Positions 32,544-50,239 of a DNA stretch of 64,000 nucleotides are shown here, one piece after another. Position numbers and translations under genes: made by a program. The stretch comes from the human T2T-CHM13v2.0 reference genome, Homo sapiens: the NCBI RefSeq assembly GCF_009914755.1, contig NC_060930.1; one strand, given 5' to 3'. The notes beneath the pieces were generated by a model that was given only the letters and a program-made list of their open reading frames with translations, made no database searches and was not told the DNA's origin. Numbering within the stretch: position 1 is the stretch's first letter; each line of letters starts with the position of its first letter.

Positions 32544-32979
32544 TAGTAGAGATGGGGTTTCACCATGTTAGCCAGGATGGTCTCCATCTCCTGACCTCGT
32601 GATCCGCCCACCTCGGCCTCCCAAAGTGCTGGGATTACAGGCATGAGCCACCGTGCCCGGCCTACTCATTGATATTTATTGCGAGTCTGTTATATGGTTT
32701 TATTTTATAGGTGATATCAAAGTAATTATGTTTTTGGTTTCCTAGTTAAAGTTAAAAGAGTTAGTAATAAAATGAGTTTCCATGACCAGTGGACAGTGAG
32801 GGAATGCAGTGTAGAAGGATGATGCTTAGCCGGGGAAAAGCTCATCTAAGAAGAGAAAATTGCCCCAGATAAGCCATGTTTGAATAACAGAAGAGTAATG
32901 TATTTCAGTCTTAAGAAACAGAAGACCTAGTCAGTGATTTACAGTCTCTCACTATTTCTTTGTCTCTCTCTTTTTAAAG

Positions 32980-33074
32980 TGGACAATGAATTTGAGACAG
33001 TTGCCACTCAGCTCCTAAAAAGGACCCAAGCTATGCTTAACAAATACAGATGCCTGCTCCTAGAAGATGCCATG
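32980..33074 (+). CDS. BICRAL: BICRAL coding exon (95 nt, phase 1/0), GLTSCR1 domain
   Basis: Long polypyrimidine tract tttttaaag|TGGACA ... GCCATG|gtaaaa; encodes (V)DNEFETVATQLLKRTQAMLNKYRCLLLEDAM. Confidence 0.95.
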
Positions 33075-33522
33075 GTAAAAGTCATGCTACTGATATTTGT
33101 TCTTTAAAACTTTACAGGTCACAGCCACTAAATCAGAGACAGAAAGGTCAAGGAATTATAGAATATAATGTAAAAGTAACAGATATTTCACACTGTAGAA
33201 AAACTTACGCTTAGCTGCTACTACAAAAACAGCAGTGAACATTTGCTGTACTTTACTTGGTGGGTCAGTACTATTCTCTTGTTTAACGGATAAGGAAACC
33301 AGGGCTTTGGTTAAGTAACTTGCTCGAGAACAGATGGCTAAGAAGTTTGCAGAGTAATTAGCAGAGCTCGGATACGAGCCAGGATCATCTGACCCCTGGT
33401 CCACACTCTGATGCCATCTACCGCCTTTCACCAACCCAGAGATGTGGGAGAAGGACTGGAGGCACATCTGAACAGATAAGCTGGTGACAAATGTCAAAAT
33501 TAGTTTTGTTTTTGAGAGATCA

Positions 33523-33842
<320 letters not shown>

Positions 33843-35227
33843 TCAATAAAATAATAATAATAATAATGAAAAATAATGGATCACCTGAGGTCAGGAGTTT
33901 GAGACCAGCCTGGCCAACATGGTGAAACTCGTCTCTACTAAAATACAAACATTTCAGTGTTCAGAGTTGCAGTGAGCCGAGATCGCACCACTGTACTCCA
34001 GCCTGGGTGACAGAGTGAGACTCCGTCTCAAAAATAAATAAATAAATGAAGTGTACAACTTGATGGTTTTTAATACATTTACAAGGTCATATTGTCATCA
34101 CCACTGTCTAATTGCAGAACATTTTGATCATCCCAGATAGAAACTGCAATTCATTTGAAGTGCCAGTTAAATAGAGAAAGGAGTGAGAATAAGATACCTC
34201 AGAAAATGATAGAAAGACCGAACCTGAGATTTGAGAAGCAGTTCTAAAATCATATAGGCTTTAACCTATCAATTGGTCTCTTATAACTCATTTTCAATTT
34301 GATATCAACTTTGAAAATGTACCTTGGGAGATTGGTTGAGCTATATTATACACATATACAACATAGAGTAAATGTGTATCCGTGTGTCTGTATTTACTTA
34401 AATATATCTATATTTACTTAAAATTATGCCACCAGGCCAGGCACAGTGGCTCACGCCTGTAATCCCAGCACTTTGGGAGGCCGAGGTGGGTGGATCACCT
34501 GAGGTCAGGAGTTTGAGACCAGCCTGGCCAACATGGCAAAACCCTGTCTCTTGTAAAAATAAAAAAATTGTCTGGGTGTGGTGGTGCGTGCCTGTAATGC
34601 CATCTACTCCAGAGGCTGAGACAGGAGAATTGCTTGAATCTGGGAGGTGAAGGTTGCAGAGAGCCAAGATTGTGCCACTGCACTCCAGGCTGGGCGACAG
34701 AGCGAGACTCTGTCTAAAAATAAATAAATACAATAAAAAATAATGCCACCAAAGTCTGTAATAATTGTTCTCAGGCAGGTGCGGAGGCTCATGCCTGTAA
34801 TCCCAGCACTTGAGGAGGCCAAGGCGGATGGATCACCTGAGGTCAAGAGTTCAAAAAGATTTCTAAGATACATTATTAAGTAGAGGAGAAAAAAATACAG
34901 AACAGTATATATAGTTGCTACTATTTGGGTACAAAATAAAGAAGTATATTTCTTTATATATAAATATATTTATAGTACATATATATTCTTATGTGTGTCA
35001 GAAATATCTCCAGAAGAGTACTGAAAACTACTAGGCAGGCAGATGCCTCCAGGGAGAGGCACTGGGTGATAGTGGGTGCACACCAGGGAGAGGCAAAGAA
35101 AGGAGGCTCACTTTTCACATGCCCTGTAGTATCTTTTGAATTTTGTACCAATGTGTAAATTATTTTTTCCAAAAGCAACCATTTTTTAAAAATTGTCTAT
35201 GAAATGACTGGCCTCTCTCTTTTTCAG

Positions 35228-35330
35228 CGAATCAATCCCTCTGCTGAGATGGTGATGATCGATAGGATGTTCAACCAGGAGGAAAGAGCTTCCCTGTCCC
35301 GAGACAAGCGTTTGGCACTTGTAGACCCTG
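35228..35330 (+). CDS. BICRAL: BICRAL coding exon (103 nt, phase 0/1), GLTSCR1 domain
   Basis: ttttcag|CGAATC ... GACCCTG|gtaaga; encodes RINPSAEMVMIDRMFNQEERASLSRDKRLALVDP(E). Confidence 0.95.
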
Positions 35331-36544
35331 GTAAGAAACATCGCAGTGAAAGTAGTGGATAGCTCCTGCCATGGTTCAGGGACCATGGGGCCTTTGGCAG
35401 TCTGTCTGAACTTTGGGTAAGAAACTTGAAGGTAGAACGTGAATTCTGGGGAGAGCTGGGCACGGTGGCTCACACCTGTAATCCCATCTACTTCCTTCTC
35501 CTCTTTGGCCTGCACAGCCAATGTTTGTTGGATGGAATCATCTTTTTAGATTTCAAGGCTATATTCCCTAGAACTCACATTTTAGAATTTGGTGAACAAA
35601 TTCATGTTCACACTATACATACATACTCTTCGTTGTTTTGTAGATGTCATCAAAGCTCTATTTCACTTCGATTATTTCCAGCATTAACACTTTTTCCACT
35701 CTTGTGTAACAGCAGTCTGCCTGCCTCCATCTGTACCCTCAATGTTCTAAATCCTCATGGACATTTCTTTTTTTTTTTTTTTTTTGAGACGGAGTATCGC
35801 TCTGTCGCCCAGGCTGGAGTTCAGTGGCGGATCTTGGCTCACTGCAAGCTCTACCTCCCGAGTTCACGCCATTCTCCTGCCTCAGCCTCCCAAGTAGCTG
35901 GGACTACAGGCGCCTGCAACCACACCTGGTTAATTTTTTGTATTTTTAGTAGAGACGGGGTTTCACCGTGTTAGCCAGGATGGTCTCCATCTCCTGACCT
36001 CATGATCCGCCTGCCTTGGCCTCCCAAAGTGCTGGGATTACAGGCGTGAGCCACCGTGCCCAGCCACGGACATTTCTTTTGCCATCCTCTGCCTCCTCAA
36101 GCCTGGTGCAGTTCAGTGCTCACTCACAGACGCAGCTCCTACATACCCATTGTCCTTCCATATCATTTTGGATGAGTGTTGGCTATTCATTTTGTGGTCT
36201 TGGGAAAGTGATGCCAGGTTTCTCCTGTGTGTCTAAAGGGATTGAAGTGCTTTCACCCAAAGACAAGTAGCTATCTTCACCCGGAAAGTATGTAAGACAG
36301 ATAGGTTTTCTGTTTCCTGGTGTCTATCACCCTTCCCTGCAAAGCCCCATTCCAGGCCCTTCTGCTCTAAGGAAGAAACCAGGCTGACACCAGGAACTAA
36401 TTTCTGTTTTCAGACTGTTTCAAGGAGGTCATTAGCTGAAAACTAATTTAAAATAATACTTAGAGGCTGGGTGAGGTGCTCACACCTGTAACCCCAGCAC
36501 TTTGGGAGGCCAAGGCGGGTGGATCACCTGAGGTCAGGAGTTCA

Positions 36545-37138
<594 letters not shown>

Positions 37139-37376
37139 CTACCTTTTCAAAAGGTTTAAGCTCCCCATCTTGAAGCTGGGGCTCCACAGCCTTGGCTGCC
37201 TTTACAGGATGCCCTCTCAGGATCAGGGTCCTGCTTCTGCATGTTCCTGTATGTGAAGCAGATGGATTCTGTGAGTGGGGCTGGCTTTGCCCTCAGCACC
37301 TGACCCACTGAAGTTCTGCTGTATAGTCTGTCCTCTCCCAATCACTCACTAATGTTCTTTTTGTTCCCATTTCCAG

Positions 37377-38164
37377 AGGGTTTTCAGGCTGATTTCTGTT
37401 GTTCCTTCAAACTTGATAAAGCTGCTCATGAGACACAGTTTGGCCGGAGTGACCAGCATGGCAGTAAAGCAAGCAGCTCTCTGCAACCGCCAGCCAAGGC
37501 CCAAGGCAGAGACCGAGCCAAAACCGGTGTGACGGAACCCATGAATCATGACCAGTTTCATCTAGTGCCTAATCACATCGTGGTCTCTGCAGAAGGAAAC
37601 ATTTCTAAAAAAACAGAATGCCTTGGCAGAGCACTGAAATTTGACAAAGTGGGCTTAGTGCAGTACCAGAGCACGTCTGAAGAGAAGGCCAGCCGGAGAG
37701 AGCCTCTGAAGGCCAGTCAGTGCTCTCCCGGCCCTGAGGGGCACCGGAAAACCTCATCCAGATCGGATCATGGTACTGAGAGCAAACTGTCAAGCATCCT
37801 AGCAGATTCGCACTTGGAGATGACGTGTAACAATTCCTTCCAGGACAAAAGTCTGAGGAATTCTCCAAAGAATGAAGTTTTACACACAGACATCATGAAA
37901 GGGTCAGGCGAACCCCAGCCAGATCTCCAGCTGACAAAGAGCTTGGAAACCACATTTAAGAACATCTTGGAACTCAAAAAGGCGGGACGGCAGCCCCAGA
38001 GTGACCCCACGGTTAGCGGCTCTGTTGAGTTAGATTTCCCCAACTTTTCTCCTATGGCTTCACAGGAAAACTGCCTGGAAAAGTTCATCCCGGACCACAG
38101 TGAAGGTGTTGTAGAAACTGACTCCATTTTAGAAGCAGCTGTAAATAGTATCCTAGAGTGTTAA
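37377..38164 (+). CDS. BICRAL: BICRAL last coding exon to stop (TAA, followed immediately by TAG)
   Basis: ttccag|AGGGTT; frame of track ORF 37352-38164, ending DSILEAAVNSILEC*. The eight exons total 3081 nt = 1026 aa + stop, consistent with the 1079-aa human protein as I recall it, minus 53 N-terminal residues encoded upstream. Confidence 0.96.
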
Positions 38165-41100
38165 TAGCAGCAGTCCTCCCCCTACCCCGCCCCGAGACCC
38201 CACCCCGAGACCCCACCCCGGACCAGTTACATTCGTTCCTGGCAAAAGCAAATGGAAATGGTCTCCTGTCTCCAGCCTGCTTGATCTTTCATCACAGGTT
38301 ATTCTTTCTAATCTCAATCCTGTTCTTTGTTTAAGAGCAATACTTGTCGTGATTACAGGGAGATCCTTTAGTAAAATTAATCCTTGGCAGAAAGCAGTCT
38401 GATAGGCCCCACTCATTTCAAGTGTTATGAAAGTGCTTATAGGCATTTTGTTTATTTGTTTTGTTTTTTAAAAACACTGTAACTCAATGAGACCACAGTA
38501 TACTTGGCCCTTGGTAAAATTTTGACAATCATAAGTCATTTGAAAAGAACAGACTTACTAAAATCAAACGAGACGGATAGAAGCTACTTTTTAAAGAATA
38601 TCCCACTGCATCTGCAAATTTAGTTTTGGGTTTTTTTATTATTATTATTTTGAGTTTTTTTGTGTGTGTTTTGTTGTTATTGTTGAGGGGAAGACCACAT
38701 GGTTCTTCCCCCTCAGCCATCTTTGAGCAGTAAATTGCTGGCTGTGCTGCCAGGGACCCGCAGCCCTGGTGGAAAAGCCAGTAGCACATACGCAGGGCAT
38801 TGCAGGGCTTCCCTATTGATGGTTCAAGTGCTTTTCTGATGCTTCCGGAGCAAAACCTCATGCTTTTAGGCATATCTATGTTGAATTTCACCTAGGGAAT
38901 GTTCTGTTCTTAGTTACAGCAGCAAAATTTGAAATAATTTCACCAGGCTAAATAAAGGAAAATGGAAACCAGTTAAGAGGCACAGTGTACAGAGGAGGCC
39001 GGGATAGAGCCATGAGGGTTATAATATTAATATGTATATATGTAAAAGCATATATATGTTAACTATTGAGAAAAAACAAGTTTTGCATTTTATAATTGGA
39101 TATAGTCAACATATAATGTATGTTTTTGTTTGTTGCTGGATTTTGTTTCATTTAACCTCTCTTTGCACCCTCTCCCACAACAAATACCAAGCATCAAAAG
39201 CACTTTCATTTGAAAATTATTATGTTGTAATTTTTCAGTTTAAACTTTAAGGAGACTCTGGCCTTGTTTATGCTTCTTGTCTGAGAACAGTAGTGACCCC
39301 TGGCAGCAATTCATTACCAAAACACAGACAAACCAAAGGTAACCAGCTAGCCCACCACTGAAAGGAAAGATCTGAGACATGGGATTCCCATTTGAGAGCC
39401 AAAGGATATGCCCTGTCATGGTTTCTGTTTGGCCTGTGTTCATATTAGTGAGCATGGCTTACTGCTTTATTTATTTTTATTTCTTGTCAGGGAGTATTCT
39501 CCGTTTTCCTTTCTCGTATACCTGCCCCAGGTTATCCCATTTCTGTTGTTACCTTTATTCTTAATGTCATTGTAACCATCACTTATCTCCTCTCATTGGG
39601 AAAGCTACATGATAGTATTTTTATGCACTCTTCTCCCACACATACACACACGTGCATGTATCTGAGCTGCTCGGATCCAGAGGTCATTTTTGTTACAGTG
39701 TGTGCACACTCACTCTCCTTCTTAGTGTGCATACTCTCTCATTTATTCTGTTTATCTCCCTGGCTCTGGAGGTGCAGCCACTGGTCTTCACTTTAATGTG
39801 TTGCCAGAATCTGCTTCTGGCTGTCGCCAACATGGGGATGACCCCCATTGTCATCATGTTGGGCATTTCTTTTCCAGATTGGCCTGTGATGGAAAGGAAG
39901 GCTTCTAATTAGAAAACACAGCAACAGAAGACCTATACCCCGGTGCCCCTGTGTCCCACTACACACAGAAAACCCTGTGAGATGGCCAGTCTTCATAATA
40001 GCAACGTACCTTCACCCCAGCCACATGCCCCAGCCAATACAAATTGGAAAATCTGGCCCATTTTAGGGTTACCATTTTTTCCTTATTTGTGCCAATGTCC
40101 AAGTTGCAGATTTCCCCTTTTTCCTGTATTGTAACATATTAGATAAGTTGGTGTCGCCAGTTGGTACTTTCTGTTTGGGTAGTCCTAGGGTAACACCCTG
40201 CCCTAAACTCCATGATTTCATAGGCTTTTCTTCCCTTGGGGCTCATGCTCCCCTAATTCCTAGCAAGATGATCCTTCCTAATCAAATTCTTCTCATTGCA
40301 GAACTTTATCCCTGGAAGCCTTCATGTGGGCTGCTAGTGAGTTACATTAATTACTGCAAATCAGTGGAATTCTCAAGAGACAAGATAAGCTTCATGTACA
40401 TTTGTCACCTCTCTTTCTTCCCTATCCTGCCCTGCTGTCCCAATCCTAGCTTTTCTATATACCATCCTAAAGGGTTTTTAAGCCCTAACACTTGTCTAGC
40501 AAATGGAGAGCCTAATTTACCAAAATGAAACTTGTAAATTTTTGTGTCATTGTATGTAAGTTTACTTTTTATGGAGGAAGGATTCTAGATAATGACAAAT
40601 GAAGATTATGACATGTATTTCACTCCTGTGATTAGGTTCTACGCACATGGGTCATAACTCGCATGTCGAGCCCCCTCTAGTGAAGGGTAGGAGAGCTCAG
40701 CCTCGGATGGCCAACATTCAGTTGTTCAGGTTCATTCGTCAAAGTTAAGTTTTAGAACTATTTGTACTCAGTAACAAAAATCATTTTCTTTTTTTTTTTT
40801 TTTTTCTGTTGTGGAAAAGCGTGAATTTGTTATTAAGCATTTGATTTTCTGTGTCCTTAAGTACTTCCTGAAGATGAAGCAAAATTTTAATCTGGCAATT
40901 ATGAAAAAGAAATATTTTAGCTCTGAAGGATTTAGTAGATTCTGTTAGATTAGGGAGGCCTTACAGACTGACTTTACTTAAAGAGGACGCGTCACTCGCT
41001 GTCAGTGTGGTGTGGGCTTTATTTGCTTAAATACCTTCATTTGTATAGTACGTCTCACTTGAAATTGCTTTGTATACATTTTGTAAAAATATTTATAAAA

Positions 41101-41190
41101 TGTTTTGTAAAAAAAAAAAAACTATAACAAATTGCAGTTTATTTTGTTATGTTGGATAAATACTGTTAAAAGAAACCAGTCAGTAACTAT
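38165..41190 (+). other. BICRAL: BICRAL 3' UTR (3' end approximate)
   Basis: About 3 kb of AU-rich, Alu-free unique sequence after the stop. AATAAA at 38951-38956 (possible proximal site); variant GATAAA at 41155-41160 after TGTA-rich sequence. Confidence 0.7.
41155..41160 (+). terminator. Candidate distal poly(A) signal of BICRAL (variant GATAAA)
   Basis: Variant hexamer preceded by several TGTA (CFIm-type) motifs at the end of the repeat-free UTR. Confidence 0.4.
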
Positions 41191-42612
41191 ATTGTTAATC
41201 CATGGTTAGGAAATGTTTAGTTGGAGATTACAAATTGAAACAACCATTGCAATACAGCCAAAGATTTGGGAAAATGTGCAACTGTGATTGTCTTGATTTT
41301 GCAAATAGGAATGGCTACTTTTCCCAGAAGAAAAGGGTAAGTGTTCAATGGGAATTCTATTTTAATAGATTTACCAATACCAAAATCAATTTACCCCAGT
41401 CAGGGAAGGGATAGGATTTTAATTGATTGGCCTTTCCAAACAGTTACAAATTAATGAAGCTGGTCAGTGAGGAGGTTTGGTCCTGTACACCTTTGGCCTC
41501 CATCCCTACTCCTGCCACATAGGTCCTTAGCTATGGAAGGAAAAGTGGGGGTCATGTGAAAAGTCAGGTAAGTGAGCCTCACTCTGCAGGAGATTTTATT
41601 TTATTTTATTTTATTTTGAGGTGGAGTCTTGCTCTGTCCCCCAGGCTAGAGTGCAGTGGCACACAATCTCCGCTGACTGCAAGCTCCACCTCCCAGGTTC
41701 ACGCCATTCTCCTGCCTCAGCCTCCCTAGCAGCTGGGACCACAGGCGCCCGCCACTGCGCCTAGCTAATTTTTTGTATTTTTAGTAGAGACGATGGTCTC
41801 GATCTCCTGACCTTGTGATCCACCTGCCTCGGCCTCCCAAAGTGCTGGGATTACAGGCGTGAGCCACTGTGCCCGGCCTAGGAGATTTTCTTCAGTTATG
41901 TTTATTTTGTTTCTGCAAGGACAAGGAAAAAGCTAAGTGATAAATGATTTTACATAAGAGATATTCCAGAATTAACGTTTCTCTTTGGATTCAACATATT
42001 GGACCAAATTTTGTATTAAAAAATAACTCTATAACCTTATGTGTAAAATCAGCCCCATGAGGCCCTTTTGAATTCCTGCCCTCACAAGTGTTTTTCCACC
42101 CAAATTGTTAGGGAAGCTTCTAGAGGTGAAATGTATTTCTGGGAACAAATTGTTCTTTAGGGCCTAGAATTTACACTTGTACTCATTTATGGTTTAATTA
42201 GATTCTCCCCTGTGCCCTAAGAGCAGTAGAAAATCAAGATTCAGCAGTAATCAGTACATAAATAGAAAGTCATTTTCTAAAAAGATTAAAAGGCAACAAA
42301 GAAAGTCATTTTCAAATAACTAACAGAATGATATGAAGGGATCTATCCACTGATGTCATGTATAGTGTTACCCTAATGTCAAGTTTCTCTTCTTGCTAAG
42401 GATAAATGTGTGTCCAGAATGACATTTTTGTCCCTCTTCAGGCCATTTACAATGGGAGTGCCCCAGGAATGAAGAGTTAGAAGGAAGGATCAGCCGGGTG
42501 TGTTGGCTCACACCTCTAATCCCATCACTTTGGGAGGCCGAGGCAGGCAGATCACCTGAGGTCGGGAGTTTGAGACCAGCCTGACCAACATGGAGAAATC
42601 CCATCTCTACTA

Positions 42613-42774
<162 letters not shown>

Positions 42775-44901
42775 TCAAATAAAAAAGGAAGGATCATCTG
42801 GTTGCTAGGTTAGGATCTGTCTCTGTTCCCTGGGGGCATGCCTGGAGGAAAGACAGGCATCTTCTCTTAGGATGGTTAAAACCCTCAGCTGTGTGTATGG
42901 GAGGACACATTCCAGGAAAGGGGCCCTAAGCACTTCCTGAGGCAGAGAAAGTTCCAAGTTAATTATTGGGGGAAAGGTAAGGGAAAATAAACCTTTACAG
43001 TGTGGGGGCACTGCAACAGCATTGCTCAGGCAGGGCTCTAGCTGTGCTGTACTGAAAGGGCTAGGCCCTGGGGTTCAGGGTCATGCCCTACTTGCAGCCT
43101 TGTGTGTGCTCTCCAAGACAGAGGAGGACCCGTTGGGTATCCAGCTGAAAATGATGATCATTAACCAACAATATTACTTGAGCAGTTGACTGTTGGCAGA
43201 CACTGTGCCAGACATTGGGATATACAGATAATTCAGGCATGCTTTCTGCTTTCAAAGGGCTCACAGTATACAGGGGGAGCAACACACAGATATACATTAC
43301 ATTTGGGAACTGACTGGAGTTCAGGAGAGAAGAAAATAGGATGCTATAATTTTTCTGGGCTGGGCATGTGGCTCATGCCTGTAAGCCCAACGCTTTGGGA
43401 GTCTGAGGCAGGAGGACTGCTTGAGGCCAGGAGTTCAAGACAAGCCTGGGCAACACACAGTGAGACCTATCTCTACAAAAAAAATTAAAAATTAGCCAGG
43501 CATGGTGGCATATGCCTGTAGGCCCACCTACTCAGGAGGCTGAGGCCAGAGGATTGCTTAAGCCCAGTTCAAGGCTGCAGTGAGCCATGATCATGCCACT
43601 GGACTCAAGCCTGGGTCACAGAACAAGACCTTGTCTCAAAAAATAAAATTCTTCTGGACTGCCACAATAAATTGCACAGAGAGCTGTAAATTACATTTCC
43701 ATGCCCTGGTTCTTAGTATTTTCCTGAGTTAAACTTGAGAAAAAAATATACCTTCTGCAGTAACAAAGATAAAAGACTTTATTTATTTATTTATTTATTT
43801 TCTGAGACGGAGGGAAATTTCCCTCTTGTTGCCCAGGCTGCAGTGCAATGGCGCAATCTCGACTCATCGCAACCTCTACCCCCAGGTTCAAGCGATTCTC
43901 CTACTTCAACCTCCCGAGTAGCTGGAATTACAGGCGCCTGCCACCATGCTGGCTAATTTTGTATTTGTAGTAGAGATGGGGTTTCTCCATGTTGGACAGG
44001 TTGGTCTCGAACTCCCGACCTCAGGTGAACGGCCTGCCTCGACTTCCCAAAGTGCTGAGATTACAGGCGTCAGCTACCACACCAAGACCTTTGTAATTAA
44101 ATTGTTAATTATGTGGAGAAATCTGTTTCAGTGTATTCACAAATAGCAGGAGCACATATGTAGTATAAAGTGGATTCTGTAATATGAATTGCCTGTCTAC
44201 GCTGCTGCAGGTAAAAGACCTTTATAAGAAACCCAGGCCGCGTGTGATGGCTCACGCCTGTAATCCCAGCACTTTGGAAGGCTGAGGCAGGTGGATTACC
44301 TGAGGTCCGGAGTTTGAGACCAGCCTGACCAATATGGTGAAACCCTGTCTCTACTAAAAATACAAAAATTAGCCAGGCGTGGTACACCTGTAGGCCCAGC
44401 TACTCGGGAGGCTGAGACAAGAGAATTGCTTGAACCCAGGAGGCGGGGTTGCAGTCAGTGAGCCGAGACCACACAACTGCACTCCAGCCTCCAGCCTGGG
44501 CAACAAAGTGAGACTCAGTCTCAAAAAAAAAAAAAAAAGAAACCCTCATCTGTATTACTCTTGGGTATGTGCTGGAGTCTGACCTTTGAAACCAATTGCA
44601 AAGGCAAGAAGATCCTTGGGAAAAAAATTACTTCTATGAAGGTCAAGGAAAGCAGTGCAACTGGGTGGGCAGAAAGTGCCTTTGGCAGCAGAATGTGGAA
44701 ATTGGTTCTGGTATCTCATCTATCACATAATCATGTATCTTCATACAACTTAACTCTCAGTCACCGTGTCCTTGCCCATAAACTAAGAAGACTGGTCTTG
44801 GCCCTCTACTTCTTAGGGTGTAAAATGTGTTACTAAGGCCGGGTGCAGTGGCTCACACCTGTAATCCCAGTACTTAGGGAGGCTGAGAGGAGGGCTGATC
44901 A

Positions 44902-45210
<309 letters not shown>

Positions 45211-45314
45211 TCACGCGTGTAATCCCAGCAGTTTGGGAGGCCGAGGCGGGCAGACCACCTGAGGTCAGGAGTTCAAGACCAGCCTGGCCAACATGGCGAA
45301 ACCCCATCTTACTA

Positions 45315-45869
<555 letters not shown>

Positions 45870-46291
45870 TTAGTCTTACCTGCTACATACTTTCACCTTC
45901 CTACCCCAGCTTTCTTGTCTATCCTCAAGCCTCAAAAGGCTGCTGCCCCTCACCTGTTCTCTCCCTTTCCTTCCCACTTTTGCTACCTTATGTTTGTTTT
46001 TCATTAGGATCAAAAGCTGTTGTTCACATTGTCTGCCTCAACTCCAGGTTCATCCACTGCTCTCAGACTAATCTCTTTCCTACTTGCTTCCTGATAACCC
46101 CTTGTCACTTACAAGCAAAGCTTGAAGCAAAATGAAGCTGACTGCAAAAAGTGTCTTAATCCAAGAAAGAGGATGGAGCAGATGGGAAATTGCAGATAGA
46201 GTTCCTCTTAGGGTGTGTTAGGTGTGGCAGCTTTGCCTTAAGTAAGAGTAGGATTCCAAATAATCCAGAAGTGCAGAGAATACTGAAATAA

Positions 46292-46561
<270 letters not shown>

Positions 46562-46826
46562 TAATTTATATATAGATATAGATGTTTTTCCTTTTTCTTT
46601 CTTTTCTTTTTTTCTGAGACGGAGTTTGACTCTGTTGCCCAGGCTGGAGTGCAATGGCGTGATCTCAGCTCACTGCAACCTCCACCTCCCCAGGTTCAAG
46701 CGATTCTCCTGCCTCAGCCTCCCAAGTAGCTGGGATTACAGGCACGTGCCACCATGCCCAGCTAACTTTTGTATTTTTAGTAGAAACGGTTTCACCATGT
46801 TGGCCAGGCTGGTCTCGAACTCCTGA

Positions 46827-47072
<246 letters not shown>

Positions 47073-48018
47073 TAGTAGAGATTGGGTTTCACTGTGTTAG
47101 CCAGGATGGTCTCGATCTCCTGACCTCATGATCCACCCTCCTCGGCCTCCCAAAGTGCTGGGATTATAGGCGTGAGCCACCATGCCCTGCCAAGATTTTT
47201 TTTTTTTTTTTCTGAGATGGAGTCTCGCTCTGTCACCCAGGCTGAAGCACAGTGGCGCAATCTGGGCTCACCGCAACCTCCATCTCCCAGGTTCAAGCAA
47301 TTCTCCTGCCTCAGCCTCCTGAGTAGCTGGGATTACAGGCACCCACCACCACACCCAAATAATTTTTGTATTTTTTTTTAGCAGATAATGAGGTTTCACC
47401 ATGTTGGCCAGGCTCATCTCGAATTCCTGACCTCGAGTCATCCACCTGCCTTGGCCTCCCAAAGTGCTGGCATTACAGGTGTGAGCCACCTTGCCCAGCC
47501 ATGTCTGTCTGTCTGTCTATCTGTCTATTTATCTACCTATCTATCTATTGAGACAGGGTTTCACTCCAGTTGCCCAGGCTGGAGTGCAGTGGCAAGATCT
47601 GGGCTCACTACAGCCTTGACCCTCCAGGCTAAAATGATCCTTCCACCTCAGTCTCTCAAGTAGTTGAGACTACAGGTGTGCACCACCATGCCCGGCTAAT
47701 TTTTTGTATTTTTAGTAGAAACAGGGTTTCGTCATGTTGCCCAGGCTGGTCTCAAATTCCCGGTCTCAAGTGATCCGCCTGCCTTGGCCTCCCAAAGTGC
47801 TGTGATTACAGGTGTGAGCCACCGCACCCAGCCTAATTTTTATATTTTTTGAAGAGATGTGGTTTCACCATGTTGCCCAGGCAGGTCTCAAACTTGTGAG
47901 CTCAAGTGATCCGCCCAACTGGGCCTCCCAAAGTGCTGGGATTACAGACGTGAGCCACCAACCTGGCTCAGAGCTTTTTCTTAAACTAATACGTATGTGG
48001 TAAACAAAGGGCGTATCA

Positions 48019-48696
<678 letters not shown>

Positions 48697-49061
48697 CTAC
48701 AGCCTGGCGACAAAGCGAGACTCCATCTCAAAAAAAAAACACAAAAAACCAAAACAATCTGGGACCATTTTTTTACACCCTAGTCTGTATTCCATATGTT
48801 TGGGACTGTTACAGTCAGGATTATTTGGTTGTAAACAACAGAAAATTATTCTAGTTAACCAACATAAAGGGATTTTGTAAGGAAGATAAGAATTAAAAAA
48901 TTGAAGAACCCATGAGGCTTGAGAAGGACAGAGACAAAGAAACTCTAGGAGGTTTTCTTAGGTGGAAATCGTTAAAAGTTTTGCCCCTGACTGGGTGCGG
49001 TGGCTCATACCTGTAATCCCAGCACTTTGGGAGGTCGAGGTGGGCAGATCACTTGAGGTCA

Positions 49062-49313
<252 letters not shown>

Positions 49314-49885
49314 TCAAATCTGGTGCTTTGTTCCATCATCACTCTGCTTAAAATTCAAAATCACAGAGAAATTTAGCATCTCATACCCACTCCCAATGGG
49401 GTGATGAAAAGAATTGAAAAGATCTTCCAAAGACTCCTTCAGTTTAAGTATTGGAGGGCAAGCGTTTGGATTTGATATCCTCCCAACAGCTGCCCAAATG
49501 TACATGATGAAGAGGAAATAAGTTCACAAGAGGACTGGAATTTTTTTTTTTTTTTTGGTGGGGGGAGACAAGGTCTCACTCTGTCGCCCAGGCTGGAGTG
49601 CACCGATTCTCGTGCCTCAACCTCCCAAGTAGCTAGGATTACAGGTATGCGCCACCACACCCAGCTAATTTTTGTATTTTTAGTAGAGATGGGGTTTCAC
49701 CATGATGGCCAGGCTGGTTTTGAACTTCTGGCCTCGGGCGATCTGCCTGCCTCAGCCTCCCAAAGTGCTGGGATTACAGGCATGAGCCACCACACCTGAC
49801 CTCAGTAACCTCACTTTGAAAAAAAATCTAGGACACATGCTCAATGCTCAATAAACACATATTCAGTTAGTGAATAATTGTTTAA

Positions 49886-50239
<354 letters not shown>

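Noticed and set aside
37605-38446. Antisense ORFs over the last BICRAL exon
   Set aside because: Shadow ORFs of a coding exon; no promoter or splice support.
40668-40683. CTCF-like gccccctctagtga in the BICRAL 3' UTR
   Set aside because: Mismatches at two highly informative positions.
41109-41121. A13 run as the BICRAL poly(A) site or a retrocopy tail
   Set aside because: Genomic A-run with no upstream canonical signal or target-site duplication; more likely a source of internal priming.
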